From: a virus
DNA: 64,000 bases
Direction: 5' to 3' (one strand)
Virus record (IMG/VR): IMGVR_UViG_3300032287_003731
Location: 32,954-96,953 of that record
Both the position numbers and the translations under genes were made by a program. Below are positions 32,677-42,150 of this stretch, piece by piece (positions within the stretch are counted from its first letter, which is position 1; each line of letters begins with the position of its first letter). The notes beneath the pieces were generated by a model. That model did not search any database. It worked only from the letters and a program-made list of their open reading frames with translations, and had not been told where the DNA came from.

Positions 32677-34317
32677 TTAAAGAGTATTTAAACCAGCAAC
32701 ATACACCTTACCATAATAATCAGGTCTAATCATCTTCTTAGCGTAACGAGTCATCAAACCTTTACGTGGAGTGAAGGTATTAGGATCGTAAAGAAGTGGA
32801 GTCATGATTAAAGGCACATATGGAGCGAATACAGCACCGCACTCAAGGAACTGAGCACCTTTGTAACCCATGAGGATTACATTCTCAGTCATGTATGGGT
32901 TCTTGTAAACCTTGTAACGGCTATTAAGTGAACCAACTTTCTGAATACCGAAGTTGAATTCCATCTTTTCGCCATCACCGTCAGAAGCAAATCCAGGAAT
33001 AGATTCGAGGATTGTAGCTACGGTTGGTGAAGTTACGAGGAAGTTAGCGCCACCGCGGAGAGTTAACTGATGGATTGTGTTAGAAACTTTCTGGAGTTTA
33101 GTACCGAGGGTTTGGAACCAACCACCTTGGGTATTGTAGAAACCTAAGTTGCTATTAGTAACACCAGATGTACCTACAGCTTGGTTGTTAACTGCTGACC
33201 AATATTCAGTTGTGAAAGCGTTTTGAATTAACATATCAAGGATTTCGAGGTCGATTTCCATTGAAATGTACTGTGATAAAATGCCAGTTAATTCAGCTTC
33301 AGCATCTACGCTATGGTAAGCGTTAAGATCCTGAGCGAATTCTGGAGTCCATTGTGCTTTTAACTTACGAGTTTTAGCAACAATAGCTTCAGATTTCAAC
33401 TGAACGTTAATCTCTGGGATAGAAATTGTAGTATTGCTTAAAGCATTGGGATAACCACCATTACCATTAGCAGTACCCGCACCACCACCAACTGATTGGT
33501 CTTCAAAATCACCGCGATCAGCAGGATCTGGAGCTACAGAGAAGAATAATGTAGTACTAGGCATAGCACCACCGGTCACAGCAGGAACAACAGAACCAGT
33601 CACAATGAAGGAAGCTGTGTTGTTAGATACAGTAGTAAATTGCTGTAAAATATCAGTAGCAGTAATAGAACCAGAAGTAAATACAAATGATCTAACAGCA
33701 TTCTGATCAGCAGGAGTTGGAAGGGGAACTAATACTTTTTTCCAACCAGTAGCAGCAGAAGCTGAATAGTTAGAATCCAAGTTAAAGTCAGCCCATGTGG
33801 TTGAACCGGTTAAAGCAGCAACAGAAGCTGAGAACTGGTTGATTGAGTAACCAAACTTACCAGCACCATAGAGTGACTGAGAAGCAATATCGGTTACATT
33901 TGTGGTTGCGTTAGCACCATAAAGTGAACCACCGTTAGTGAATGGCTTAACACCAGTGCCGTATTTGAAATCAAGATAGAATACGAGACCTGAAGGTAAG
34001 TTCATTGGCTGTACGCTAACGAATTCTTTAGCAGCGATTTCACCGAATACGCGGCGAACTAATGGTAAAGCTACACCAGCCCAGTTTTCTGAGTTGTAAC
34101 CACCACCAGACATTGAGGTAGTACCGCCAGTAGCTGAAGCTTCGGTGATTAATTGCTTGGCTTGGTTCTCGAGGAGAATAGCCATTGTGTTTTTGTCTTG
34201 AGTGTTACCGATACCTTCTAAAAGACCGGATTTAGCCCACTTACCAGACAAACGTTGTGCATCTTCCATTATAACTTTATATTGGTTAGATGACTCGAGT
34301 AATTGTTGTACGTTCAT
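32677..34317 (-). CDS. Major capsid protein (T4 gp23-like)
   Basis: KWAKSGLLEG, LVRR, VSVQPM..PSGLVFYL, AKTRKLKA.WT.E.AQDL, FAPYVPL, PRKGLMTRY. Confidence 0.97.
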   Translation of the reverse strand: MNVQQLLESSNQYKVIMEDAQRLSGKWAKSGLLEGIGNTQDKNTMAILLENQAKQLITEASATGGTTSMSGGGYNSENWAGVALPLVRRVFGEIAAKEFVSVQPMNLPSGLVFYLDFKYGTGVKPFTNGGSLYGANATTNVTDIASQSLYGAGKFGYSINQFSASVAALTGSTTWADFNLDSNYSASAATGWKKVLVPLPTPADQNAVRSFVFTSGSITATDILQQFTTVSNNTASFIVTGSVVPAVTGGAMPSTTLFFSVAPDPADRGDFEDQSVGGGAGTANGNGGYPNALSNTTISIPEINVQLKSEAIVAKTRKLKAQWTPEFAQDLNAYHSVDAEAELTGILSQYISMEIDLEILDMLIQNAFTTEYWSAVNNQAVGTSGVTNSNLGFYNTQGGWFQTLGTKLQKVSNTIHQLTLRGGANFLVTSPTVATILESIPGFASDGDGEKMEFNFGIQKVGSLNSRYKVYKNPYMTENVILMGYKGAQFLECGAVFAPYVPLIMTPLLYDPNTFTPRKGLMTRYAKKMIRPDYYGKVYVAGLNTL

Positions 34318-34348
34318 TTTTTAAAGGGTTTTTTTGTTAATTAATTTT

Positions 34349-35425
34349 TTAGTGTTTTTTAATACCAGCAAGCATTTGCCATCTTGACATTGTTTCGTCT
34401 ACTTCGACGATTGGTTTTTTAGCAATACCTGCTGCTTTAGAAGCAAAGCCCATAGATTCTTTAATTGAAGACTTAGCGGATTTTACAATAGCAACGTCCA
34501 TAGTTTCATAAATCATCTTAGCTTCTTTAATAGTAGCTGCTTTGTCGAATTGAGCAATTACTTTAAGTTTTTGTGATTCGGTTAAGTTTTTGGCTTTGAA
34601 AATCTTATTTACATAGAGTAATTTAGCGTTAAGAAGATTAACTTCGTTAAGTTCTGAGCGAAGAGTGTGGATAGTAGCAATAGCTTCATCTAACTCTTTT
34701 TTCATTTTATCATCTTCTTCTTTAGCTTTTTTCATTTTTTTCTTAGCTTCGTACATTCCGCCTTCTTCGTATTCTGTTTCTTCAGAATAGTCTTCGCCTA
34801 AAGCGTCAAGTTCAGCTAATAATTCTTCTAAATCAAGATCTTCTTCCATTTCTTCTCCTTCATCAGATACATCAACAGACATTTCATCACCAGCTTCCAT
34901 TTCACCGCCGCCCATGTCTTCCATGCCGCCGTCTTCCATTTCGCTAGAAATAATGTCTTTGATAATCATTTTTAATTCTTCTACTGAAAGATCAGCTACA
35001 GTTTCAGATTCGGTAGATTCAGATTCTTCTTCTTTACCTTCTTCTTCTTCTTCTTTAGCTTCTTCCATTTTTTCTTTTTCTTCTTCTTTTTTAGCTTCTT
35101 CAAGTTCAGCTAAAATTTCAGATAAATCGAAGTCTTCTTCTAACTCATCACCACCTTCTTCAAGAGCAGCACCAGTTGCACGATATCTGTCTTGAATTTT
35201 ATCACTAGTTTCAGAAGGATAGAAGCCTTCTTTCATTTTTTCGTCGTCCTTGTCTTTTGCTTCTTCTAAATCTTCACCTTCCATTTCTTGCAATTTAGCA
35301 GCAAGCATAGATTGAAGTCTAGGGGCAAGAGCTTCTTCAAGAGCGACTTTTGCGTTGGCTAAAGCAGTTTCACGAATAGCTTTAGCGTCAGCAATTGCTT
35401 CTTTGAACAAATCTTGGTTTGTCAT
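34349..35425 (-). CDS. Prohead core/scaffold protein
   Basis: Very acidic, many [LIM]xE sites, between protease and capsid genes; ends MSRWQMLAGIKKH. Confidence 0.85.
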   Translation of the reverse strand: MTNQDLFKEAIADAKAIRETALANAKVALEEALAPRLQSMLAAKLQEMEGEDLEEAKDKDDEKMKEGFYPSETSDKIQDRYRATGAALEEGGDELEEDFDLSEILAELEEAKKEEEKEKMEEAKEEEEEGKEEESESTESETVADLSVEELKMIIKDIISSEMEDGGMEDMGGGEMEAGDEMSVDVSDEGEEMEEDLDLEELLAELDALGEDYSEETEYEEGGMYEAKKKMKKAKEEDDKMKKELDEAIATIHTLRSELNEVNLLNAKLLYVNKIFKAKNLTESQKLKVIAQFDKAATIKEAKMIYETMDVAIVKSAKSSIKESMGFASKAAGIAKKPIVEVDETMSRWQMLAGIKKH

Positions 35426-35572
35426 AAAATTTTTCTCCTTAAATTTTTTTCGGAAATAAGATTATTAGAAAATCTTAATAGGGGTTTGTAATATACCCGA
35501 GGCTGCATAAGAATGGGCAACCTATTGTAGGATGCCCATAAATATATGTAGATATGAAAAACCGCAAATACT

Positions 35573-36178
35573 TTAACATAAAGGACAAACTCCAGTATGT
35601 TGACAAATAATTTCTGTTATTAAACTATTTACTTTACTATAATCTTTAATAGAAGCATATTGCTTTGATTCAGCTAATTTCATATAAGCCTGCGGAGTAC
35701 TAGGTACTGATACTAAATCCCAACATAATAATTCAAAATCATCTTGTACTTCAACTGTTTCACCAAGTTGTTTAACACTACCCATACCACGTGATGAAAT
35801 TCCAAGTGGAATACCTGATAGTACAAGTGCTTTAGCAATATTGCCAGCAGGTGTAGGTAATAATTGTAATTTACCCATTAAGTCATTTCCTTTCCACCAT
35901 ACTTCTGTAATAAGATGAGAAGTATTGGCTAAGTTTACAACAGAGGCTTCAGGATGATCGAGTTCTCCTAAAGCAGTGCGTGTTTTTATTGGTCCTTCAG
36001 CGTATTTTTTTACTTCTCTTTCAAGTATTTCGCGAGGATATACACGACCATTGCCATTTTTTTGCTCAGCTTCTTGTAATTTACCAACTAAAGTGACAGT
36101 ACCATTATTTGCTTTACCTTCAACTAAAGTAAGTTTAGCGTGTTGGAAAGGAGTATGGTCTATAAGTAATGATTTCAT
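35573..36178 (-). CDS. Prohead protease (T4 gp21-like)
   Basis: KNGNGRVYP, ALGELDHP, TPAG, GISSRGMGS, WDLVSVPS. Confidence 0.95.
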   Translation of the reverse strand: MKSLLIDHTPFQHAKLTLVEGKANNGTVTLVGKLQEAEQKNGNGRVYPREILEREVKKYAEGPIKTRTALGELDHPEASVVNLANTSHLITEVWWKGNDLMGKLQLLPTPAGNIAKALVLSGIPLGISSRGMGSVKQLGETVEVQDDFELLCWDLVSVPSTPQAYMKLAESKQYASIKDYSKVNSLITEIICQHTGVCPLC

Positions 36179-36209
36179 TTATAATATTCTTATTAATTAA
36201 AAAGATATA

Positions 36210-37103
36210 TTATCCTCTACCTATCATGTTAAATAGAGAAGTTATATAATCTGCGGCCCAATCGTCATCATTCATTAAATTTCTAGCTACAATTTTAGCA
36301 TTTGGTATTCCTGATTTAATCATATGCGTGTAGGCATATCGAAAAGCTTGGTTTTCCTTTTCTTTTCCTGTTAATTGTTTTAATTCTTTTCCATATGTTT
36401 GAGCTATAAAATTAGCCATTGAATCAGAATCATATGGATCAAATTCTCTATCTTCATCTAAATTATCACGACCATCAAACGTTTCAGCTAACATTTCACG
36501 CACAAGTTTTTCTAATTGTTCTCTAATAGTTTTCATTTTACCACCAGTAGGAGACATTACTTGTTTAATGCCTTTAGCTTTTTTAGCGGCGTGGGTAAGT
36601 TCTTCTACTCCTTTAACGCCTTTATTTGTTTCTTTATATGCTTTATTAGCTGATGCTTTTGCTTTTTCAACACCTTTTGGTGTTTTCATTTGATTTTCTT
36701 TATCAACTAATTCAACTGATTCTTTTTTAACTTTAGCTTTAGCAGGTGCTTTAGCTTTAGGAGCTGAAGGTGATTCAACACCTGATAGTTTTAATGCTGT
36801 ATAGTAAAATGGATTTTCTGCTAGATGATCTAAAGCAATTTTTTCTGCTTTTTTAGGATCATCTGTGTGTTCCATTTCTACTCTGATACCCATTCTTAAT
36901 TCTTGTGGGTGAATTTGATTTGGGTGTAGTTTAGTTTTAGCTTCGCTTAATATTTGTTTATTTTTGAGTATTCTAACAGTATCATCAAACGATGTTACAT
37001 TAGTAACTAAATGGGGAAAAGTCATACGCACATTACGCATAAAGTTAGCTTGTGACATTTTTCCTTCTTTAAGGTCGCGATATTGATTTTGTATACTTTT
37101 CAT
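36210..37103 (-). CDS. Multi-module putative internal head protein
   Basis: Start reassigned to MKSIQ (37103). Contains ELRMGIRVEMEHT...IALDHL.E.P.YY module, Lys/Ala-rich linker, modules separated by LSE/VKE/LAE/LDE. Confidence 0.65.
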   Translation of the reverse strand: MKSIQNQYRDLKEGKMSQANFMRNVRMTFPHLVTNVTSFDDTVRILKNKQILSEAKTKLHPNQIHPQELRMGIRVEMEHTDDPKKAEKIALDHLAENPFYYTALKLSGVESPSAPKAKAPAKAKVKKESVELVDKENQMKTPKGVEKAKASANKAYKETNKGVKGVEELTHAAKKAKGIKQVMSPTGGKMKTIREQLEKLVREMLAETFDGRDNLDEDREFDPYDSDSMANFIAQTYGKELKQLTGKEKENQAFRYAYTHMIKSGIPNAKIVARNLMNDDDWAADYITSLFNMIGRG

Positions 37104-37116
37104 TATTATGTTATTT

Positions 37117-37392
37117 TTAGCTGCCTTTTTCTTTTTTATCTTTTTTATCTTTGGCATATGCTGCTCTAGCTTTATCAAAATCAATACCTGCTCTTAAAGC
37201 TCCATTCTTTCTAATATCATTTTTTACAGCTTCTTTACTAGCATATTTAAAATCAGGATACTTTTTTTCAAAATCTGCTATTTGTTGCAATAAATCTTCC
37301 TCAGCTTTGATTTGCTCAGGAGTTCTTTTTTTAATTGTTATTTCTTGAAGTATTACTTCTTTTATTAATTCACGCAATTCACTTTTTTTCAT
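37117..37392 (-). CDS. Small protein with MKKSELRELIKE leader
   Basis: 91 aa; ATATTTAT at 37420-37427. Confidence 0.7.
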   Translation of the reverse strand: MKKSELRELIKEVILQEITIKKRTPEQIKAEEDLLQQIADFEKKYPDFKYASKEAVKNDIRKNGALRAGIDFDKARAAYAKDKKDKKEKGS

Positions 37393-37426
37393 TGTTTTAT
37401 AATTTATAATTTGTTATGTATAAATA

Positions 37427-37555
37427 TTATCTTCCTTGTCTACGGTAGTTTTTTTCTGTTCTATCGTGTCTATTGTAGGATTTTTTTGCTTTTTTTAATT
37501 TGCGTTTACCGAATGTTATTTTGCGACTTTCACCACCGCGTAAATTTTTAGCCAT
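37427..37555 (-). CDS. 42-aa highly basic protein
   Basis: Hand-translated MAKNLRGGESRKITFGKRKLKKAKKSYNRHDRTEKNYRRQGR; below the ORF-track cutoff; fills the intergenic gap. Confidence 0.7.
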   Translation of the reverse strand: MAKNLRGGESRKITFGKRKLKKAKKSYNRHDRTEKNYRRQGR

Positions 37556-37570
37556 CTATTTATATTTTTA

Positions 37571-38104
37571 TCACGAAAAAGGTAATTCAGAAGCCGGAAT
37601 AGAAGTTGATTTTATTTTCATTTCTTTTTTAATCATATTTAAAATATAATCAACAGATCCTAATCCTAATTCTTGTAAATTTTCAATAGCTTTTATGGTT
37701 GTATTAATTTCTTTATTTATATATTCTTCTCTTTCAATATCCATAGAAGTATCAGCTTCGTTAATTGGTTTATCAACGAGTATTTCAAATATAGCTTGAG
37801 CTAATTTACCGTAATTACCTTTATCTAAGCTATCTTTCATATAACTGCTGATTCTAGTAGTTGTTCCATTACTAAGTTTCACATTATTATCTTTTCTAAA
37901 AGAAAACCTGTATGTAGCCTCTATTATTTTCATTATATCATCTTCTTGACTAGTACTTATTTCTTGCCCGATTTCTTTTAAATATAATTTTTTTACTTGA
38001 TCTACAATACTATTATATATACTTTCATTTTCATTCATATTATTCTCCTTCAAAATACCAGCTAATTGCTGCATTCTATAAATTTCATTAAGTTGTTTTT
38101 TCAT
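37571..38104 (-). CDS. RMQQLAGI-leader protein (putative capsid cargo)
   Basis: MKKQLNEIYRMQQLAGILKENNMNE followed by unique sequence. Confidence 0.75.
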   Translation of the reverse strand: MKKQLNEIYRMQQLAGILKENNMNENESIYNSIVDQVKKLYLKEIGQEISTSQEDDIMKIIEATYRFSFRKDNNVKLSNGTTTRISSYMKDSLDKGNYGKLAQAIFEILVDKPINEADTSMDIEREEYINKEINTTIKAIENLQELGLGSVDYILNMIKKEMKIKSTSIPASELPFS

Positions 38105-38646
38105 TGATGTAAATTTTTAATTTTATTGTTTAATTGATTAACCATTTCAGATATAGTACCTATATTTTTTTGAGTGGCTTTCCAATAATTAATGCCACCA
38201 TCTTCACTTAATTCTTGTTTCATGCGTGATGTATATTCAACAATACGATCAATTTCTTGCAGTTTGCGTTTTACTTCACGAATCGCTTTATGAAGTTGTT
38301 CTGATTTAGTTCTAAATTTAACTTCGTTTTTGAATTTAGAATAGGTTACTTCGTTGAGTAATTCTTGTTTTATAATTTGATGTAAAGATTCTTTATACAT
38401 TTTATATTTAGGTTTTTCAGCTGATTTCCAAATTGCTTTATAATCTCTTACTTTAGAGTCACTAGGTATTCCTGTAGGAGCTAATTTCATTCCTTGAGAT
38501 TTAGCTGTTTGGGTAGCGGCGTTTGTTTTTTGTCCTTTTTTAGCAAAAGCAAAAGGAGTAGAATATGCTTCTCCTCCACTAGTACCAGACATTTCTTCTA
38601 GTTCTTTACGTATTAATTGCTTTAATTTTTCTCTTAATTGATCCAT
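38101..38646 (-). CDS. Putative prohead core protein
   Basis: LKQLIRKELEE leader, YSTPFAF motif, C-terminal coiled coil; in the head cluster. Confidence 0.65.
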   Translation of the reverse strand: MDQLREKLKQLIRKELEEMSGTSGGEAYSTPFAFAKKGQKTNAATQTAKSQGMKLAPTGIPSDSKVRDYKAIWKSAEKPKYKMYKESLHQIIKQELLNEVTYSKFKNEVKFRTKSEQLHKAIREVKRKLQEIDRIVEYTSRMKQELSEDGGINYWKATQKNIGTISEMVNQLNNKIKNLHQ

Positions 38647-39503
38647 TATTTAATGGTTTTTAACTCATTTAATAGCTGATAAAACTGTAAAAGTGAAATT
38701 ATATTTTCATCTTTTATATTTTGATTTTTATCTAATGGTTGAAGAAAATTAGTTATTTCTGTTAATTTAATTTGAGTTGTTTTATCTTCTATTGTTGGAA
38801 TAATTGATTTTAATTCACTAACAATAACATTAAAATTATTATTAACAAATTCTCTTAATTTAACTGTATTAGTTACATTATTAATATATTCTTTCAATAC
38901 ATTTTTTTGCTTATCATTTAACTCAGCGTATTTTGTGTTAAATTTTTCTAACAACATACGATAAGCAAGTATACGAGAACCTTTATCTAGTTTTATATAT
39001 TCTTCTATTACACGATCTTTAACGTCTTCTTTATTAACTTCTTTACGTGTAATATGCTCTAATAAAGTAATTTTATTATCAATAATAAGTTTAGGGTCAA
39101 TAAATTCTGTTGAGCTATGAGATTCAATTAAGTTAAATAAAGCAGCGTATTGCGTATAGTGATTAATTTTTGCTTTAAAGAATTCTTCTAAGTCGTAGTT
39201 TTCTTTAATTTCTTTAATTAAATTATATTTTTCTTTACGTAAAATTGTTTTATTTAAACGCAAAGAAGCATCTAATGCTGTATTTATGAATGTCTCAGCT
39301 TTAGCTTCACTTAAAAGTTTTGAATTGATTAAAGTCTGGTATATTTTATATTCTTTAGTTAATTCTGTTTTGTTAAAATATTTTTTAACTAAATTAACAG
39401 CTGCAGAATCTTTATTAGATAAAGTATCAGATGCTATCTGGCGCACTAATAATTCAAATAATATACCAGTATTGCGAAATTTACTGTGTTTAATTTTTGA
39501 CAT
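38646..39503 (-). CDS. Hypothetical head-morphogenesis protein
   Basis: 285 aa, KHSKFRNTGILFELL; directly after portal. Confidence 0.7.
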   Translation of the reverse strand: MSKIKHSKFRNTGILFELLVRQIASDTLSNKDSAAVNLVKKYFNKTELTKEYKIYQTLINSKLLSEAKAETFINTALDASLRLNKTILRKEKYNLIKEIKENYDLEEFFKAKINHYTQYAALFNLIESHSSTEFIDPKLIIDNKITLLEHITRKEVNKEDVKDRVIEEYIKLDKGSRILAYRMLLEKFNTKYAELNDKQKNVLKEYINNVTNTVKLREFVNNNFNVIVSELKSIIPTIEDKTTQIKLTEITNFLQPLDKNQNIKDENIISLLQFYQLLNELKTIK

Positions 39504-39535
39504 AATAGAAATTACTGCTTATAAATATGTATTTA

Positions 39536-41425
39536 TTAAATATCCTTAATATTTTTTTCATTTAGCATATCATTTTCTTCATCGTATACTAGCTTTTTGC
39601 GTTCTATGTTGATACTCTCTAATAGACTTTTATTTTTCTTTAATTCGGATAAAGCAACAGGTGAACCTCCTTTTGGAGTACCATCTTCAGAAGGAATATT
39701 AGCAGTATAAAGAGTACTATTTGCTTTTCTACCAAGTCTATCTTTACCTAATGGGTCTTGTTGAGTACCAATGATAGAGGCTCTTTCTTTAGGGCGACCA
39801 ACAGGACGTTTTTCATCATATCCTGGAGGTATAGGTCCATCAGTATCCATTCCTGTTCTACCTTTACCATACAATGAAGCTAAATCATGTGGTGTACCAT
39901 ATGATTTACCTGATTTAGCTGGGTCGTTACCTTCATTTTCGATTTGAGCTAATCTAAACACACGTTTCTTATCTTCAAGCATTAGATCACGATATTCATC
40001 ATATTGATCTTCACTGAATTGGAATACATTATCATATATCCAATCTGATGGTAATAGATTAGTGTCTTGAATTGATTTAGCTAAGTCAACTTTTTCTTTC
40101 CATAATGCTACTTTCTCTTGTTCATAAATAATAGATGGAGTAGTTAATGATAATTCAAAATTAGTTAATGATTCACCATCATATCCTTGAACGTATAAAT
40201 GCACTAAAGCCATTTTATATAATTCAGAAAGAATAATGCGTTGTACTCGTTCTACTGTACGAGCAAATCTAATATCTTCAGCAGCTAATGTAGCTTTACC
40301 TTCAAGATCTTTCTCAAATCCAAAAAATGCTTTAGGTATCTTAAGTGCAGCTAACATTTCATCACGTAAGAAAGCTACGTCGTCAATAGCATTATATTCA
40401 AGACCTTTTACTGTATCTATTTTAGTTGCTGTATCATTACCACGAACTGGAAGATAAAAGTCTTCCATCAAATTCATTAAGTTATATCTTAAATTATATT
40501 CACCTGTCTGTTGATCAATATAAGGTGTTTTTTTCATCTTTTGCATTACCTTCTGCATGTAAGCGTCTACTTCATGAGGAGGAATATTACCAACATTAAT
40601 AGTAAATACACGTTTTTCTGGAGCACGAGTGATACGATGTAATAACATCGCATCTTTCATTAACACATACTGCTTATATGTTTTGCGAGCAGGTTCAATA
40701 TATGATCTTCCATATGGAAGATAGTTTGCATCAGTTAATAGCCTAAAGTGAGCTATTTCGTAGTTTTCAAATTTAATCTTACCATCTCTATCTTTAACAC
40801 GATTACTTATACCACCAGCCGCAATAACCATTGGATCTATTCTAAAGCAAACATAAGATGGATTTTCAGGATCTTGTCCTTCTTCACGAATCATATCGTA
40901 TACTGAAAGTGGAGTAACATTATATACACCAAATTTTTCAGCGACTTCCATGTGTAAATAAAAGTCACCATACTTACACATATTTCTAATCCATAACCAT
41001 AAGTTAAATTCAATATTTAAAATATCGTAGAATAAATTATATAATATACGTTGAATATTTTCATCAGCGCTTCTAATCTGTAATACTTCACCCGCTTCAT
41101 TTTTTAATGTAGCTTCATCAGCTACAATATCAAGAGCGGATGCTATAATAGATTCAGTATCCATAGCTTCATAGTCAGTATATAACTGAATACGAAGTGT
41201 TTGGTAGTTCATTGTTGGGTTATAGGGCATATTAGCTCCATAACGATGAAGTTTTGTATATCTATCTATTAAAGCGTTTGTTTTTACGTTGCCGTAAGCT
41301 TGGATCTTATCAACATCTACTACTTTAAGTTGATTTCCACCAACATTTCTAATAATAACGTCTGTGCTAAATAGTCTTGTAAGTCTATTAAATAAACCAG
41401 GCTGTTGTTGGTTTTTTTCGGCCAT
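39536..41425 (-). CDS. Portal protein (T4 gp20-like)
   Basis: ALDIVADE, YGRSYIE, RITRAPEKRVF.INVG, EDFYLPVRG, ALKIPK, EDIRFAR. Confidence 0.95.
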   Translation of the reverse strand: MAEKNQQQPGLFNRLTRLFSTDVIIRNVGGNQLKVVDVDKIQAYGNVKTNALIDRYTKLHRYGANMPYNPTMNYQTLRIQLYTDYEAMDTESIIASALDIVADEATLKNEAGEVLQIRSADENIQRILYNLFYDILNIEFNLWLWIRNMCKYGDFYLHMEVAEKFGVYNVTPLSVYDMIREEGQDPENPSYVCFRIDPMVIAAGGISNRVKDRDGKIKFENYEIAHFRLLTDANYLPYGRSYIEPARKTYKQYVLMKDAMLLHRITRAPEKRVFTINVGNIPPHEVDAYMQKVMQKMKKTPYIDQQTGEYNLRYNLMNLMEDFYLPVRGNDTATKIDTVKGLEYNAIDDVAFLRDEMLAALKIPKAFFGFEKDLEGKATLAAEDIRFARTVERVQRIILSELYKMALVHLYVQGYDGESLTNFELSLTTPSIIYEQEKVALWKEKVDLAKSIQDTNLLPSDWIYDNVFQFSEDQYDEYRDLMLEDKKRVFRLAQIENEGNDPAKSGKSYGTPHDLASLYGKGRTGMDTDGPIPPGYDEKRPVGRPKERASIIGTQQDPLGKDRLGRKANSTLYTANIPSEDGTPKGGSPVALSELKKNKSLLESINIERKKLVYDEENDMLNEKNIKDI

Positions 41426-41443
41426 TGTATTGTTTTATTATGT

Positions 41444-42121
41444 CTATAAATATTTATTAGTCTTATTTCTATTGCCTAATTCATTATATCCAAACGACTC
41501 AGCAATTTTTGTTGTTTTAAATAATGGCTGCGTATTAGTATAATGAAAGCATTGTTTTTGTTGTTCTATATCTGTTAGATTAAAGGAATCACATGGCTTG
41601 ATATGATCAATTTCCCAAATATCACCATGATTATTCCAATTCATTTCTGGTTTAAATTTAGATTCAAGATATTGTTTAAAAGTATCTATTGTACAACCTA
41701 TTAATTTTATAGCACTTTTAGTTTTTAAATTTAGTTTTAAAGCATTATATAACCTAAGTCTTAACAAACAAGATAGTTTAAAATTAATATCAGTATCATA
41801 TTTAATTTTCCAATATTTTACTAATTTATCTTTATTATTACTTCTCCATTCTTTACTATATAATTTTCTATTTTCACTTAACCAGTATTCTTTATTATTA
41901 TTATATTTTTCTTTATTATATTGTGATATTTTATTTTTATTTTTATTTGACCATTTTTTAGAAGTTAATTGAAAGTATTTATTTCCTAATTTTTTATTAT
42001 TTAAAATAGTATATTCATTTTTACAAGATTTACAAATACCTTCATATCCTGATTTATTTCTATTATTTTTATAAAAATTATTTAATTCTTTTTCTTGGTT
42101 ACATTTAATACAAATTTTCAT
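41444..42121 (-). mobile_element. Free-standing HNH/EndoVII-like homing endonuclease
   Basis: N-terminal CxxC...CxxC, WEIDHIKPC...HYTNTQPL...N..K; between terminase and portal. Confidence 0.85.
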
Positions 42122-42150
42122 ACTAGTTATTTATAATAAATATAACAGAA

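Noticed and set aside
35426-35572. tRNA gene in the structured intergenic region
   Set aside because: No T-loop GTTC motif or cloverleaf found; no tRNA recognised anywhere in the window.
37540-38125. Target-site duplication around the 37571..38104 cargo gene
   Set aside because: Only a short AT-rich match (TAAAAATTTAC), which is expected by chance.
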